Assembly (NCBI GenBank): GCA_951406725.2
Contig: OX597823.1
Coordinates: 105,896,001 to 105,960,000, forward strand
DNA: 64,000 nt
Direction: 5' to 3'
From: Octopus vulgaris
Lineage: Eukaryota
Part shown: positions 1 to 15,697 of the stretch, one piece after another
Layout: every line of letters begins with the position of its first letter
How positions within the stretch are numbered: the stretch's first letter is position 1
The notes under the pieces: model-generated
Told to the model about the DNA's origin: nothing
Seen by the model: the letters and a program-made list of their open reading frames with translations, nothing else
The model's database searches: none
Position numbers and translations under genes: made by a program

Positions 1-404
1 CAAATCATCACCCCCATGTTTATTGTTTCCGATTTTCAGACGATAGTGTAAAACTGACTTGAAACAACACAAACATATGTGATCTATAATATGAAACATT
101 GAATTTACATGTATTTTCTACAGAATTCGACAACACATCATCTTCTTGTTTCCGTTCATCCTCTCATTGTCATTTTTCTTAGAGGCCAATCTTTATATTT
201 TTTCTATTTTCCTTGCTCTTTCTCCGTCTATCTGTATGTTTGTCTCTGTCTGTCTGTCTCTCTCTCTACCTCTTTCTATGTCTATTCTTCCTTCTTTTCT
301 CTCGTTTCTTTTCGCCCGCTGTTTATTTCTTTCTCCTCCAAGTACAACGCAACTAACATTACCCTAGTTCCTTCTCACTGACATTATTACAAATACGTCA
401 GGGC

Positions 405-820
405 ATTTCATCAGTCTTTACGTTCTGAGTTCAAGATTTCGCCGAGGTCGACTATGCCTTTCATCCTTTCGGGATCGATCAAATACGAATCAGCTGAGCA
501 CTGGAGTCAATGTAATCAGCTTAACCCTCTCCAGAAATTGCTGGCCTTGTGCCAAAATTTGAAAGTATTGTTACGATGGCGTTTATAGATGACGTTTCAA
601 TCGGTTTAAAGAGGCGATATGGCTGAATCATTAGCATGCCGGACAAAATAATTATTGACATTTCTTCCGGCTCTTTATATTCTGAGTTCGAATGATACAG
701 ATGTTGACTTTGTATTTCATCCATCCGGGGTCGATAAATAAATACCAGTTCATCACTGGTGTCGATGTAATCGACTTACTTCTCTTCTAAATTTCAGGCC
801 TTGTGCCTATAATAGAATTA
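405..820 (+). mobile_element. Two degenerate family A SINEs
   Basis: ttctgagttcaa...gtcgact..gcctttcatcc..gatgtaatcgactt motifs with the alternative tail gccttgtgcc. Confidence 0.7.
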
Positions 821-843
821 TTACAATGACGCCAACATTATTA

Positions 844-1260
844 CCTATTTCTTTACTACCCATAAGGGGCTAAACACAGAGGGGACAAACAAGGACAGAC
901 AAACGGATTAAGTCGATTACATCGATGCCAGTGTGTAAATGGTACTTAATTTATCGACCCCGAGAGGATGAAAGGCAAAGTCGACCTTGGTGGAATTTGA
1001 ACTCAGAACGTAGCGGCAGACGAAATACCTATTTCTTCACTACCCACAAGGGGCTAAACATAGAGGGGACAAACAAAGACAGACACATGGAATAAGTCGA
1101 TTAGATCGACGCCAGTGTGTAACTGGTACTTAATTTATCGACCCCGAGAGGATGAAAGTCAAAGTCGTCCTCGGCGGAATTTGAACTCAGAATGTAGCGG
1201 CAGACGAAATACGGCTACGCATTTCGCCCGGCGTGCTAACGTTTCTGCCAGCTCGCCGCC
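844..1260 (-). mobile_element. tRNA-derived SINE family A, dimer (full copy plus 5'-truncated copy)
   Basis: A and B boxes; central gcctttcatcc...ggggtcgataaattaagtacc domain (Meta/Nin-SINE-like). 16-bp flanking duplication cgccaacattattacc at 830-845 and 1257-1272. Confidence 0.9.
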
Positions 1261-1791
1261 AACATTATTACCGTAACAGCAACACTCTTCTTTTGACACG
1301 GGCACCAATATCACTACTACCATGTCACCCTTACTATTACATCGACACCGACACTATCACTATCCTTTTACCTTGATATCAACATTATTATATTACTAAC
1401 ATCATTATATTGTCCCTAACGCTATTAAATTGACAGCAACACAATTGCCTAACATATACATTATTATCTCTCACCAACAATATTACCGAAAATTATTACA
1501 TAATGTGAACACTATTACACTGTTACCGATATTATTACAATAACAGTGACACTAGTTTGATATTTGATTTATACAATTTCATTTCTCTATTGAATAAATA
1601 TGAAAAGACATCAGAGGATAGAGATTCGCGATTTAATATTTAAAACATCTTTATTGAGTCTTAAAGTGTCAATGTTTAACTTCAAGTAAGTTTTATTCAC
1701 ATATGGATGTATTTAATAGTTTACGTATTACTATTAAGATCGCTGTGTTAATGTTTAGTATTCCAACTGATATATATAAGCATGTATGTAA

Positions 1792-2022
1792 GGCGTGGAG
1801 CTGGCAGAAACGTTAGCACGCCGGGCGAAATGCGTAGCCGTACTTCGTCTGCCGCTACGTTCTGAGTTCAAATTCCGCCGAGGTCGACTTTGCCTTTCAT
1901 CCTTTCGGGGTCGATAAATTAATTACCAGTTACGCACTGGGGTAGATGTAATCGACTTAATCCGTTTGTCTGTCCTTGTTTGTCCCCTCTATGTTTAGCC
2001 CCTTGTGAGTAGTAAAGAAATA
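1792..2022 (+). mobile_element. SINE family A, full length
   Basis: gagctggcagaaacgttagcacgccgggcg ... gtagtaaagaaata, with flanking duplication tatatataagcatgt. Confidence 0.9.
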
Positions 2023-2161
2023 TATATATAAGCATGTGCGTCAAAGAGCACATACATACACCCATGCATACATAGTGTACAGTTTCGTTATTGGTGGCAT
2101 CAAAAAAAAAAGTATTACATCGCGTGAGTGATGTATATGATTTAATTAACAGAGGATTTAG

Positions 2162-2317
2162 ATGCGAACTACTGTTAATTTCATGCCTCTGATAACACTA
2201 TGATCGGACAAGCTTGTAAAGCGTTGCATTCTCTAGCAATCATTCATGCTCCTACCGCTATACAAGATTGACCGACCATTTTATTGTCAGAGGCATGAAA
2301 CTAGTGGTAGCTCACAT
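2162..2317. repeat. Diverged inverted repeat, 62-bp arms
   Basis: 2162-2223 vs the reverse complement of 2256-2317: 48/62 ungapped matches by eye. Confidence 0.8.
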
Positions 2318-2758
2318 TAATGGTTAGAGCACTCAGGCAGTATCTGAAGAGTACGGGGTTCGACTCCCCGTAGCCGCCTGCAGGCAACATTTTCCCATCT
2401 TCTAAGGGTAAATACCCAATCTTTCTTTGTCTTTTACACAACTATAATGCGTTCGAAATTTACTTTTTGTCTGTAAAATACCAACAAATATGGCGCTTCC
2501 AAAGTTTGTCTATAAAATACCCGCTTATTCGAGAAGCTATTATTTAGCAATAAAGTTGACGGTATTTGCTGTTAGGAGCCGTTTAGCATAATGGTTAGAG
2601 CAGTCAATTGGTATTTGAGGAATACGATGTTCGAATCCTTGTAAACATCCCACTGGCAACTATTTCTTTCGTCTTCTAAGGGGTAAATACTCACCCTTTC
2701 TCTTTGCTCTATTCACAGCAATACTGCATTCGAAATTAGCTTTGTTTTCTGTTATATA

Positions 2759-2759
<1 letters not shown>
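2305..2759 (+). repeat. Two diverged tandem units with tRNA-like (A/B box) heads
   Basis: taatggttagagca...ggttcgactcccc (about 2318-2370) and cataatggttagagca...gttcgaatcc (about 2587-2638), each followed by ggcaac..tcttctaaggg(g)taaatac..ttcgaaatt. Confidence 0.65.
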
Positions 2760-2792
<33 letters not shown>

Positions 2793-3647
2793 TCCATATA
2801 TATATATATAAATTGCTGTTAGGCAGAGCGTATTTCATTTTGCAGTCATGATGTACTAGAGAGTTTTTGTTTCGCCATTACATTGTTCCAAATAAGGTCC
2901 TATGTATAAAATATGGCTGTTGGAATGGCCGTGTCTTTCGATCAACAAGAAGATGGGATGGGAAAAGGGGAATGAATTGAATCAATACTCAGATGGAATC
3001 AAAGATGTGCTGTATTTAAAAGAAAATGTTATGTAGAAAAGAGATAAATCTCTTCTTGGATAAGACGAAGGTCTATCAAGAAAGAATAAGGGAGAAAAGA
3101 AGTGAGCGTGCCCCACTGGATGTATCGTAATTCGTTTCCATGAAGAACAGGATACAAATGAACTGAAGGCATAGCTGAACAGAAGACGAATCAAATGACG
3201 TGTGCAACAGACAAGCCTACGTTAGTAGGGGCATGTGATGTGCATGTCCCCTTGTACTGCTCCCAGCTTTTTCCTTCCTTTCTTTAATACCTTTTCTATT
3301 TTCTCCAACCTCTTTCCCCTCTGCTTCTCAGCTTATTTTCTTCGTTTCCCCCCAGCCAACCATTTTCCGTTTTCCACCCCCTCATTTTCTCTCCTTCCCT
3401 CCTCTGCCAACCTTTCTCTTTTCAATTAACAGCCATATCGTAATCTAACAACTTTTGCGTTTCAAATTGTCTAGGCGCATTTCTTCTAATTTAAATTCTT
3501 TTTTACTTTAAAATATGCTAATTTATATACATACATTATATATATATATATATACATATATACATATATATATATATACACACACACATATATATATACA
3601 TATATATATATACACACACACACACACATATATATATGTGTGTGTAT

Positions 3648-3692
<45 letters not shown>

Positions 3693-4402
3693 TATATGCA
3701 TGCACATACATACATGCATACATACATACACATATCAAAAGTGCAAAAAGATTCTAACAGATTTAGAATACTGCTCAAGTCGGGCGTTGGCTCAACTTTC
3801 ATACCAAAAAGGACAACCACACACACACAAATGCACATACTCACACACATAGACAAACACATACACATGTGCGCACGCACACACGCACACACACATGCAC
3901 ACAAAGAGACACGGGCGCACACATTCACTTTCACACCGACAAGAGTCAAGTATAGTCGAATATGGATATTAGCAAACCCAAGTGTGCACATTTGCGCGTG
4001 ACCATCTGGTTTCGTTTTCACAATAATATCTCTAAGTTAAGTGAATTGAAGTAGAAACATATAATTCTACGCGTGCAATCAGTCATACCTATCTCTTGTA
4101 TTTGAAGCATATGGTTCCGGCCAGATTTAACAACCTCCTCAGGCTACTATTAACCATCAATGTTTGAGGAAGAGTTTGCTACTGAAATTAAAACTTCTGG
4201 TTCAAATCTAGTCATGACCGAGTAGTTTATTTACTCTCAAGGCGATATATTTTGCGGAATTACGCAGTTTTCCTCCTTTTCATTATCTGCAAGCTTCTCC
4301 TTCAATCTAGCCATCTTTTAATATGTCTGGTGTTTCTAGATACACACACATATATATATGTGTGAGTGTGTCTGTGTGTGTGTATGTATGTATTTATGTA
4401 TA

Positions 4403-4451
<49 letters not shown>

Positions 4452-4507
4452 ATATATATATTATTATATATGTATGTGTATATATATATATATATATATA
4501 TGTATAC

Positions 4508-4599
<92 letters not shown>

Positions 4600-4996
4600 A
4601 TGTATATATACACATGTACATGCACACAAAGGTATATGTGTATGAGAGTGAATGAATATGTGTTGGTGTGTGTGCGCGCGCGCACGCGTGTGTCTTAGAT
4701 TTTATAAGTAAAAATTTCAAGCAGAAAGAGAAACACATTGCTGATAGGATCCGAACCATGTGTCAATTGCTTGCCATTCAACCGAACTACCGATTGCATT
4801 TTAAAACGCACGCCACTTTCGGTTTCTGTTTAGTTTTTGCTGTATATTTACATCATGCACAATGGATGACTAAACCATGTTTATACTATACTATTTATTC
4901 TTAACAGCACTATTTTTTTTTCATTTCCTGTGTTAATTGACCAGTTCCTTTGCAACATATTTTAAAGGACGTATGCATAAAATATTCTATCTATCA

Positions 4997-5085
<89 letters not shown>

Positions 5086-5211
5086 ATAATACACATATGT
5101 ATATATATGTGTGTCTTATAATATATTATGATACTGCGTAGCCATACATGTACGAATATCCAGTTATTAGAACTCAATATACGTATGGTTATATGTATTT
5201 GAATATATACA

Positions 5212-5290
<79 letters not shown>

Positions 5291-6045
5291 CATGCGTGTT
5301 TATATATGTATACAAACACATAGATAGATATAAATATATACATATATACATATGTGCGTGTGTATGTGCTTACATATATATATGAACACACACACACACA
5401 CACAGACACACACACACAAACACGCACACGCATGTATAGAATACGGCATAAATCATAGAGTGATTCGAGACCTGAGAGTTTAAGTCCCAACACACACGAA
5501 ACTCCCAGCCCTTGAGTCACTGTAACTTCTGCCGATTATTAATAGAAGAAAACATATATACTCATGTTTTGAGTTATGCATCACTAAACCTTTAATCAAT
5601 CTCTCTCTCTCTCTCTCTCACACGCACACACATACATGCGTACATACATACATACATACATACATACATACATACATACATACATACACACATACATACG
5701 TACATACATGCATACATTCCATACAATCCTATTCTTGTGTTTAGTCAATTTGGATTTCATGTTGTTTTGTCATTCTTTATAAGAATTATGTAATCTAAAC
5801 ATTTTAAAAATATTTCCATATTGAATAATTTATAACTGATTAGAGAAGTTTATTTTAATTATGTGTTATATAGACTAATACCAAACTTAGGGTGGATTCT
5901 CAACTCGATGACGTATTCACAAGAATATCAAACCTGAAGCATACTGTAAATGAATTTCTTGATAGTATTTTCAACATTATGTGTTATTAGACGGTATAGA
6001 CACCTATTTCTGACGCAAAAGAGAGACAGGTACATTAATTGACAA

Positions 6046-6281
6046 GGCGGCAAGCTGGCAGAAACGTTAGCGCGCCGGGCGAAATGCTTCGCGGTATTTT
6101 GTCATTCTTTATGTTCTGAGTTCAAATTCCGCTGAGGTCGACTTTACCTTTCATCCTTTCGGGGTCGATTAAATAAGTACTAGTTACGCACTGGGGTCGA
6201 TATAATCGACTTTGTAATCTGTTTGTCTGTCCTTGTTTGTCCTCTCTGTGTTTAGCCCCTTGTGGGTAATAAAGAAATAGG
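6046..6281 (+). mobile_element. SINE family A, full length
   Basis: Matches the other copies end to end. Confidence 0.9.
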
Positions 6282-6563
6282 ATTTCATTGCAGAGATTTT
6301 TCGCTTAAAGATCTTTTTTGTGTTGAAAAAAAAAAGTCAGCATTCAAACTGAGGGGGACACAAAACACAAGGAAGCACACTCACATACAAACACAGAAGG
6401 TCACACACAGAAACACACACACAAACGCATACATACAAATATATTTATATATATTTACAAATACGTTTATGTACGTATGTGCGTGCGCGAACGCACGCAC
6501 GCACACAAACACACACACACATATATGTGCATATATATATATATACATATATATATGTATGCA

Positions 6564-6595
<32 letters not shown>

Positions 6596-6841
6596 TGTAT
6601 TGTGTTTACAGTCCCAGTATAAGTAAGACCAACAAAAAGTACTCCATCCATGTTATATATATCTAGCAATTTACTGTATCTTAAAAGCATGAAACTAATA
6701 GTAACACTTTTGTAATTTGTATATTAAATGCTACACACACACACACACACACACATATAGAGAGATAGATAGACAGATCGATACATAGATAAATACACAC
6801 GCGCAAACACCCACATAAACTTGTATATATATATGTGTGTG

Positions 6842-6960
<119 letters not shown>

Positions 6961-7663
6961 GAAAAGAAGGAGAGAGAAGAGAGAAAGATATATATATTTG
7001 CTTTTGCGACAAATTAGCAAAGAAAAATATTACAAAAAATATGATAAACAAAATTGTAACAAAAAAATTATGCATATCATTTATGCGCTAAAGAGACCTC
7101 TGAATCACCATGTATAAGAAAGTTCTTAAATATTTAATCATTGAGTCTGTAAATAAGGAAAAAAATTTAAATTTAAATTATTTATTCATTAAGTTAATGA
7201 ATAAATAATTATTAATCAATTAAAACAATAATGAAGGTTTTAATGATTATTAAATGATTAAAGAATTAAATTAAGAATAACGTTAAGTTAATAATTATTA
7301 AACAATTAAATCAGGAATAACGTTGTTGAGCAGATGGTAAAATAGAGAGATATTCTCACGTTAATGAATGGGGAAGGAATGCGACTGCAGGATTTAAATT
7401 GATATATTTGAGTAAATAGACAAACGAAACGTAATTAAGTTTAGAAGAAAACGAATGAGAATGAATGTTACAAAAGAAATTAAATAAATAAATAAAGAGG
7501 GAGGAAAGTGTAAAGGAAATTGTTAAGATGCATAGAGGCTTCTGACTAAATTCTGTCTACAACATTCCTCTAAAAGACATCATTAGTCAAGTCGTGGCTT
7601 CTGCTAGAACTATGTGGTGAATTGGTAGACTCATAGATCCAGCGAATGGATTTCTTGTAGTAA

Positions 7664-7896
7664 GGCGGCGAGCTGGCAGAAACGTTAGCACGCCGGGCGA
7701 AATACTTTCCGGTATTTCGTCTGCCGTTACGTTCTGAGTTCAAATTCCGCCGAGGTCGACCTTGCCTTTCATCCTTTCGGGGTCGATAAATTAAGTACCA
7801 GTTACGCACTGGGGTCGATGTAATCGACTTAATTCGTTTGTCTGTCCTTGTTTGTCCTCTCTGTGTTTAGCCCCTTGTGGGTAATAAAGAAATAGG
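7664..7896 (+). mobile_element. SINE family A, full length
   Basis: 14-bp TSD ggatttcttgtagt at 7648-7661 and 7895-7908. Confidence 0.92.
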
Positions 7897-8200
7897 ATTT
7901 CTTGTAGTTTCTTTTTTTCCTTTTTCTACATCTCTGCTCTCTGAGTTCAAATCCCACCAAGGTGGACTCTGCCTTTCGCGCATTCAGGATCGCTGAAAAT
8001 GATGCGTGTTCAGTATTGGGGTCGATTGTTTCTACTGTCTGTCGGTCTGTCTGTTTGTCTATAGGGGTCTGTGCAATTAAAACCAAATTGAAAGGTAGTG
8101 ATTGGCTAATGTTTTTTCCATTAGAATTTAATTGTAAGCCTAATATGACACACCTCATGTGCTTTTGTGTGTCACTAAAACACAGTAAGGTGTGTGCGTA

Positions 8201-8290
<90 letters not shown>

Positions 8291-8572
8291 TGTGTGAATA
8301 TTGCTTGATTGAACGTTAATACATAGTTGGTCTGCTTGCTGTATTTTTTCTTTTGTGTCTTTCGGTGTAAATAGTGTGGCATGTCGATAGTGATGATGAT
8401 GGATGGATGTTGTTGTTGTTGTTGGTAGTGGTAATACTGATGGTGATCAAGTGCTAGTGGGGGTAAGTGTAGGAGGCAGAGGAGAGAATTAATGTCAGCA
8501 AGAATAACAACAAATTTGTAAAAAAATAAAAGAAACATCAACAGCAACAAAGCAATAACAAAAACGACTGCC

Positions 8573-8603
<31 letters not shown>

Positions 8604-8909
8604 CTTCAAAACTAAACGGAATGGGCAGAAAGACAAGATGGACCGAAAAGTAGCGACAAGATGGCATACAGGGAACGAATAAAAATAAGTGAAGGCCAAG
8701 AAAATATGCAAACGACGTGGATTCAGTGAAACATCAAACAAGCCTTTCAGTTGTGTGTCCTTAAGCCTTAACTGAGCCCCTATCGTGTCATATTTGCTGT
8801 GTACATTGACACTGTTAAATAGATGCGATCCGTTAGAACTGAAAGATCGTCTGCTTAAAAATGGCTGCCTTTATTCAAACTAATGGGTTGGGCAAAATGT
8901 CTCAGTCAC

Positions 8910-8967
<58 letters not shown>

Positions 8968-8979
8968 CTCTCTATCACT

Positions 8980-9014
<35 letters not shown>

Positions 9015-9158
9015 TAGATAGATATAGATATAAATAATGTGTGTGTTAGTATGGGTATGCGTACATATGTATACATACACATACATATACATTATATATA
9101 TATATATAGATGCATACATACATATATATATATATATATGTATGTATATGTATATCTA

Positions 9159-9215
<57 letters not shown>

Positions 9216-9734
9216 TCACACACATACACACATGCAAGGGAACACAAGAAATATATATGACCGCACGTGTTTAAATATGTGTATATATATGTGTGTGGGT
9301 GTGTGCGTGTATTATATATATGTGTGTATATACATATGTATATACATACCAATCCTTCCTTCCATCCATCCATCCATCCATACATACATACATACATGCA
9401 TACTTACGTACATACATGCTCTCAGCTACTTTCATCCAAACAGGATAAATTCATACTGACGTACGTTGGTATGTATGCAGGAAAGCGCATACGTATGTGC
9501 ATAACGATAATGATGTTCATGATATTGATAATAACGTATCTGTTATAGTTGATGATGATGAGAATGATGATGAAGATGATGATGATGATAAGGATGATGA
9601 TGAAGAAACTAGTAAGGTTAAATTGTAGCTGTTGTCTAGCAACAGTGCTAAATGTATATAAACTTCATTTTAATCCTCTTAAGTAGTAGTAGTAGTAGCT
9701 TTTGGTGGTAGTAGTTGTAGTAGTAGTAGTAGTG

Positions 9735-9784
<50 letters not shown>

Positions 9785-10399
9785 TGTGGTGGTAGTAGTA
9801 GTAGTAGTAAAAGGTGGAGAAAGAAGGGGAGGAGGCGTAGCCGCATTTGCATCATTAAAGTTTGTAGCAATCGTCCATGTGGCTGTTTTGAATAATTTGT
9901 ACCACCATTTTGATGGTGTTGTGCTGGTGGTTGTGGTGGCGGTGCTGGTGGCTGTGTTGGTCTTGGTAGTCCGGCGGTGACAGTGCTGACCGTAGAAATG
10001 GTTGCGTTGCATGGGAGTTCTAAAAATTGTAATATTACCATGATGACGTCCCCACCCCAATACCTCGCCCACTACCCCCACCTCCAACCACACCTCTCAC
10101 AACATTGATTACCAGCCAACGAAGATGCACTTTTGTTGCAACATCTCACGCATGCAATAACAGCCAAATCTCCCTCTAATGACAGCCTGCCATTTAAAAA
10201 AGAGAAAGCGTGGTCAATGATATTTGAAATATATTCGAGCCAGAAAGATCGGGAGTGAGGGTCATGGATGGGGTTGTAATAATCATCATAGGACCGCTCG
10301 ACCATAGTTGACCAAGGGTTAAAGAATAATAGCAAAATATACACAGCTACCATGAAACATATCTCGCCACAAAGCTAATAGCACCACCAAAGAAAGCAC

Positions 10400-10890
10400 C
10401 GAGTTGGCAGAACCGTTAGCACGCCAGAGAAAATGCTTAGCGACATTTCGTGTGTCTTCAAGTTCTGAGTTCAAATTCCGCCGGGGTCGACTTTACCTTT
10501 CATCCTTTTCGAGATACGTACCATTGGGATCGATGTAATCGACTTACCCCGCTAGGGTCGACTTTGCCTTTCATCCTTTGGGGGATCGATAAAAGAAGTA
10601 CCAGTTGAACACTGGGGAAAAGTGGGGTCGATGTAATCGACTTAAACCACCCTCGAAATTTCTGGTCTTGCGTCAAAATCTGAAACCTGTATACAGGCAG
10701 AATCGTTAGCACGCCGGGCGAAAAACTTAGCGGCATTTCTTCGTCTTTACGTTTTGAGTTCTAATGTCGTCGAGGTCGACTTTCCCTTTCATCCTTTTAG
10801 GGTCGATAAAATAAGTACCGATTGTGTACTGGGGTAGATGTAATCGACTATTCCCCCAAACTTGCAGGCCTTGTGCCAAAATTTGAATTC
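10400..10890 (+). mobile_element. Cluster of about three partial family A SINEs
   Basis: gtcgacttt(a/g/c)cctttcatcc repeated three times; two heads ggcagaa.cgttagcacgcc. Confidence 0.8.
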
Positions 10891-11195
10891 AATATATTGT
10901 TAATCAGCCCACTAGAATAACATTGCCACTATTATTAACAAGAACAGTATGACCAACTACAATACCCCGTTTTCAGAACCAACAATACAAGCGTGGCTAC
11001 CATCTCTATCACTAAAAACTCAACCGTCACTACCGCTACCAGAATCAGAACCAGTACAACCAGCGACATCATTAGCGACATGGCTTTAACTACCATCAGC
11101 AACTACCAACAATGGCATCAACCCGGTTGTTATAGCACCACAACAACCTCTACCTACGAAACTTCACGAACAGGCTCAGTCCTCACCAAGACAAC

Positions 11196-11240
11196 CACCA
11201 TATTTGTCACAAATACCACAACTACCATCACGACTGTCAA

Positions 11241-11278
<38 letters not shown>

Positions 11279-11440
11279 CCACAACTACCATTACAACCCT
11301 CACCGTCATTGTCATCACAAATACCACAACTACCATCACGACTGTCATCATCATCATCATCATCATAAACACCACAACTACCATTACGACCCTCACCGTC
11401 ATTGTCATCACAAATACCACAACCATTACAACCGCCAACC
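11196..11440. repeat. Minisatellite with internal (ATC)n
   Basis: cacaaataccacaactaccatcacgactgtc and ccctcaccgtcattgtcatc are repeated. Confidence 0.8.
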
Positions 11441-12922
11441 AAAATTAGTAGAACAAGCGTACCTACCATCAACATAACCGTCGTTATTTCCATTACCAGA
11501 ACAAGAACAACCATCACCACCACCACCACCACCAGCATCGTCAACATCAACAACAACTATAACAGCAGCAGCAGCACCACCACCAACAACAATAACAGCA
11601 ACAGCAACAGCAATACTAACAGCAGCCGAAACCAACACTATCACCATCACTATCGCCAACATCATCATTCGCACCAGAAGCAGCAGCAGCACAACCGACA
11701 ACCAACAACACTGCAATCACCACTAGCATCACTACTACCACCACCACCACCACCACCACCACCAACAACAACAACAATAACAACAGCAACAATACTAGTC
11801 GAAGGATGTGGAGAAGAATGGAGAAGGAGAGAGTGAGAGAGAGAGTGAGAGAGACTGTGGAGAGAGGGAGAGGGGGAGAGAGTCATTTGCAGAGATAAAC
11901 GTCTATTAGTTGATAAAGAATTCATGGTGTTTTCAAAGCCACCATCTTTGTTCTGTTTTTTTTTTCTGTATTCTTTTATATTTATTTAATATTATTATTT
12001 TTTTTTTATCAAGAGAGAACAGCAATATGCAGAGAAAATCAGGGTCATTTTGAAAATTGTGAATCCGTGATAGTGTCTGTGACACTGCCTTGGGCTCTTT
12101 TCCTATATACTGCTGGGGTGCATTCATCTTTGACGACTTCTGTGGACCACTTCTTGCTAAAATAGCAAAATGGCCTTACATCAGAGAGAGAGAGAGAGAG
12201 AGGGAGGGAGAGAGAGGGGGAGGGAATGAGAGAGGGAGAGAGAGAGAGACGACGACGACGAGATGGAGCGAGAGAGAGGAGGAAGAAGCAGCGCGATGAA
12301 GAGAGTGGGAAAGAGAGAGAGCGCTCTCGTTCTAATTTATTTGGGATTTCCTTTCGTTTCGTGTAACATTCTGTTTTCTTTTTTTTTTATATATGTTTTT
12401 TTATTGTTTCCTTGACTGTAAGTTTCTTTCTTTGATTATTCGTGTTGCCTTTCATGTTGGTATTGTTGTTGGTGTCGTTGTGTCTGGTATGTATTTTTTA
12501 AAAATTTGTTTTGTATTTTCTCTTCCTGCGCGTGAGAACATATATACATACATACATACATACATACATACATACATACATACATACATGCATACATACA
12601 TGTGTGGGTGTTATGCACATACGTACGTGTATGTATATATTATATTTGTGTATACATATCATATATATCAATACGTATGTGTGCGTGTTTGTGTGTGTAT
12701 GAGTGCATGTGCCCAAGAATACATGCATATATATCGTGCGTCTATGTATGCGTGTGCGCAGGCGCGAGTATATGGACCTATATAATAAATGAGAGAATGC
12801 ATAAGAGTGCGTGAATGTATACTATAAATAATTCAAGAATACACTCACATATACATTAAGGGAGAAAGAAAGAGAGAGAGAGATAAAGAGATAAGCAGAC
12901 AAACTGAGAGCGATACTAGTAG

Positions 12923-12953
<31 letters not shown>

Positions 12954-13001
12954 TTTGTAGAAAAAAAAGAAAAGCAGAAAGAAAGATAGATACATAGCTT
13001 G

Positions 13002-13050
<49 letters not shown>

Positions 13051-13072
13051 TGATAGATAGATATAGATATAT

Positions 13073-13148
<76 letters not shown>

Positions 13149-13562
13149 AAAGATAAAGGCAATAGATTAACGGACAAATATAGGTTATCGCTTTGGCATT
13201 TGTAAAGGATTCAAAATAAGAAATTAGCACTAGCAGAGATGACAACGTTTGGAATATATGCCGGAGGAAATTGATGCAAGTCTTTGGGTAGATTGCTGTT
13301 CTTCACGTGGCGAAGCTTGAAATAACAAAACGAAAATAAAAGCCAACCAAATAAATGAGAATGTATATATATGTATACATACGTGTTGTGTGTGCCTGTA
13401 ATTGTATGTATAAATATGTGTACATAAATATATTATGCTTGTGTGTTGATATATATACACGTATGGATTTGCATATATATCAGCATGTACATATATATAC
13501 ATGCATACATATGCACATACATACACACGCACATATATATAAAGAGACATAGATAAATAGAT

Positions 13563-13593
<31 letters not shown>

Positions 13594-14133
13594 CATGTAT
13601 AGGATTATGACACATATGTCCATGCATATATGTATGTATGTATATATATGCACACACACATGATTAAACATATATATACACATACAAACACACCTACGCA
13701 TATACACAGGCATACACACCTACGCATACGCACATGTATACACACACATATATTTACTCATACGTGCGGGCACAAGCACATGCACGCACACACACAAACA
13801 GACACACAGACACACAGACAAACAGACACACGCGCCCGCGCGCGCACTCACAAGTACACAGCGTACAATGACAAAACAATTCTTAATGCAAAAATATACA
13901 AACCGTGTCATGCGTGCCGTTGTATGTGGAGAGATTTGGCATTTCACTGTTTATAGCCTGCAACCGAGGTTGTTGACGGGGATAATTACGACGTTCTTGA
14001 TTGCGATGAAGAGGGCGATGTTGATGACGATGATGATGATGATGATAATGGTGATGGTGGTGGTCGTCGTCGTGCCGGTGCTGGTGCTATTACTAATATT
14101 TTCGATTTCTCATAAAATATTGGAAGGGAGTTC

Positions 14134-15555
<1,422 letters not shown>

Positions 15556-15697
15556 GAGAAGAAGAAGAAGAAGAAGAAGAAGAAGAAGAAGAAGAAGAAG
15601 AAGAAGAAGAAGAAGAAGAAGAAGAAGAAGAAGAAGAAGAAGAAGAAGAAGAAGAAGAAGAAGAAGAAGAAGAAGAAGAAGAAGAAGAAGAAGAAGA
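15556..15697. repeat. (GAA)n microsatellite
   Basis: Pure trinucleotide run. Confidence 0.95.

Noticed and set aside
10072-10353. 93-aa minus-strand ORF with a hydrophobic N-terminus
   Set aside because: No recognisable homology or convincing gene structure.
12066-12092. Small hairpin with a miR-34-like seed (ggcagtgt) on the minus strand
   Set aside because: The rest does not match miR-34 and the hairpin is too short for a pre-miRNA.
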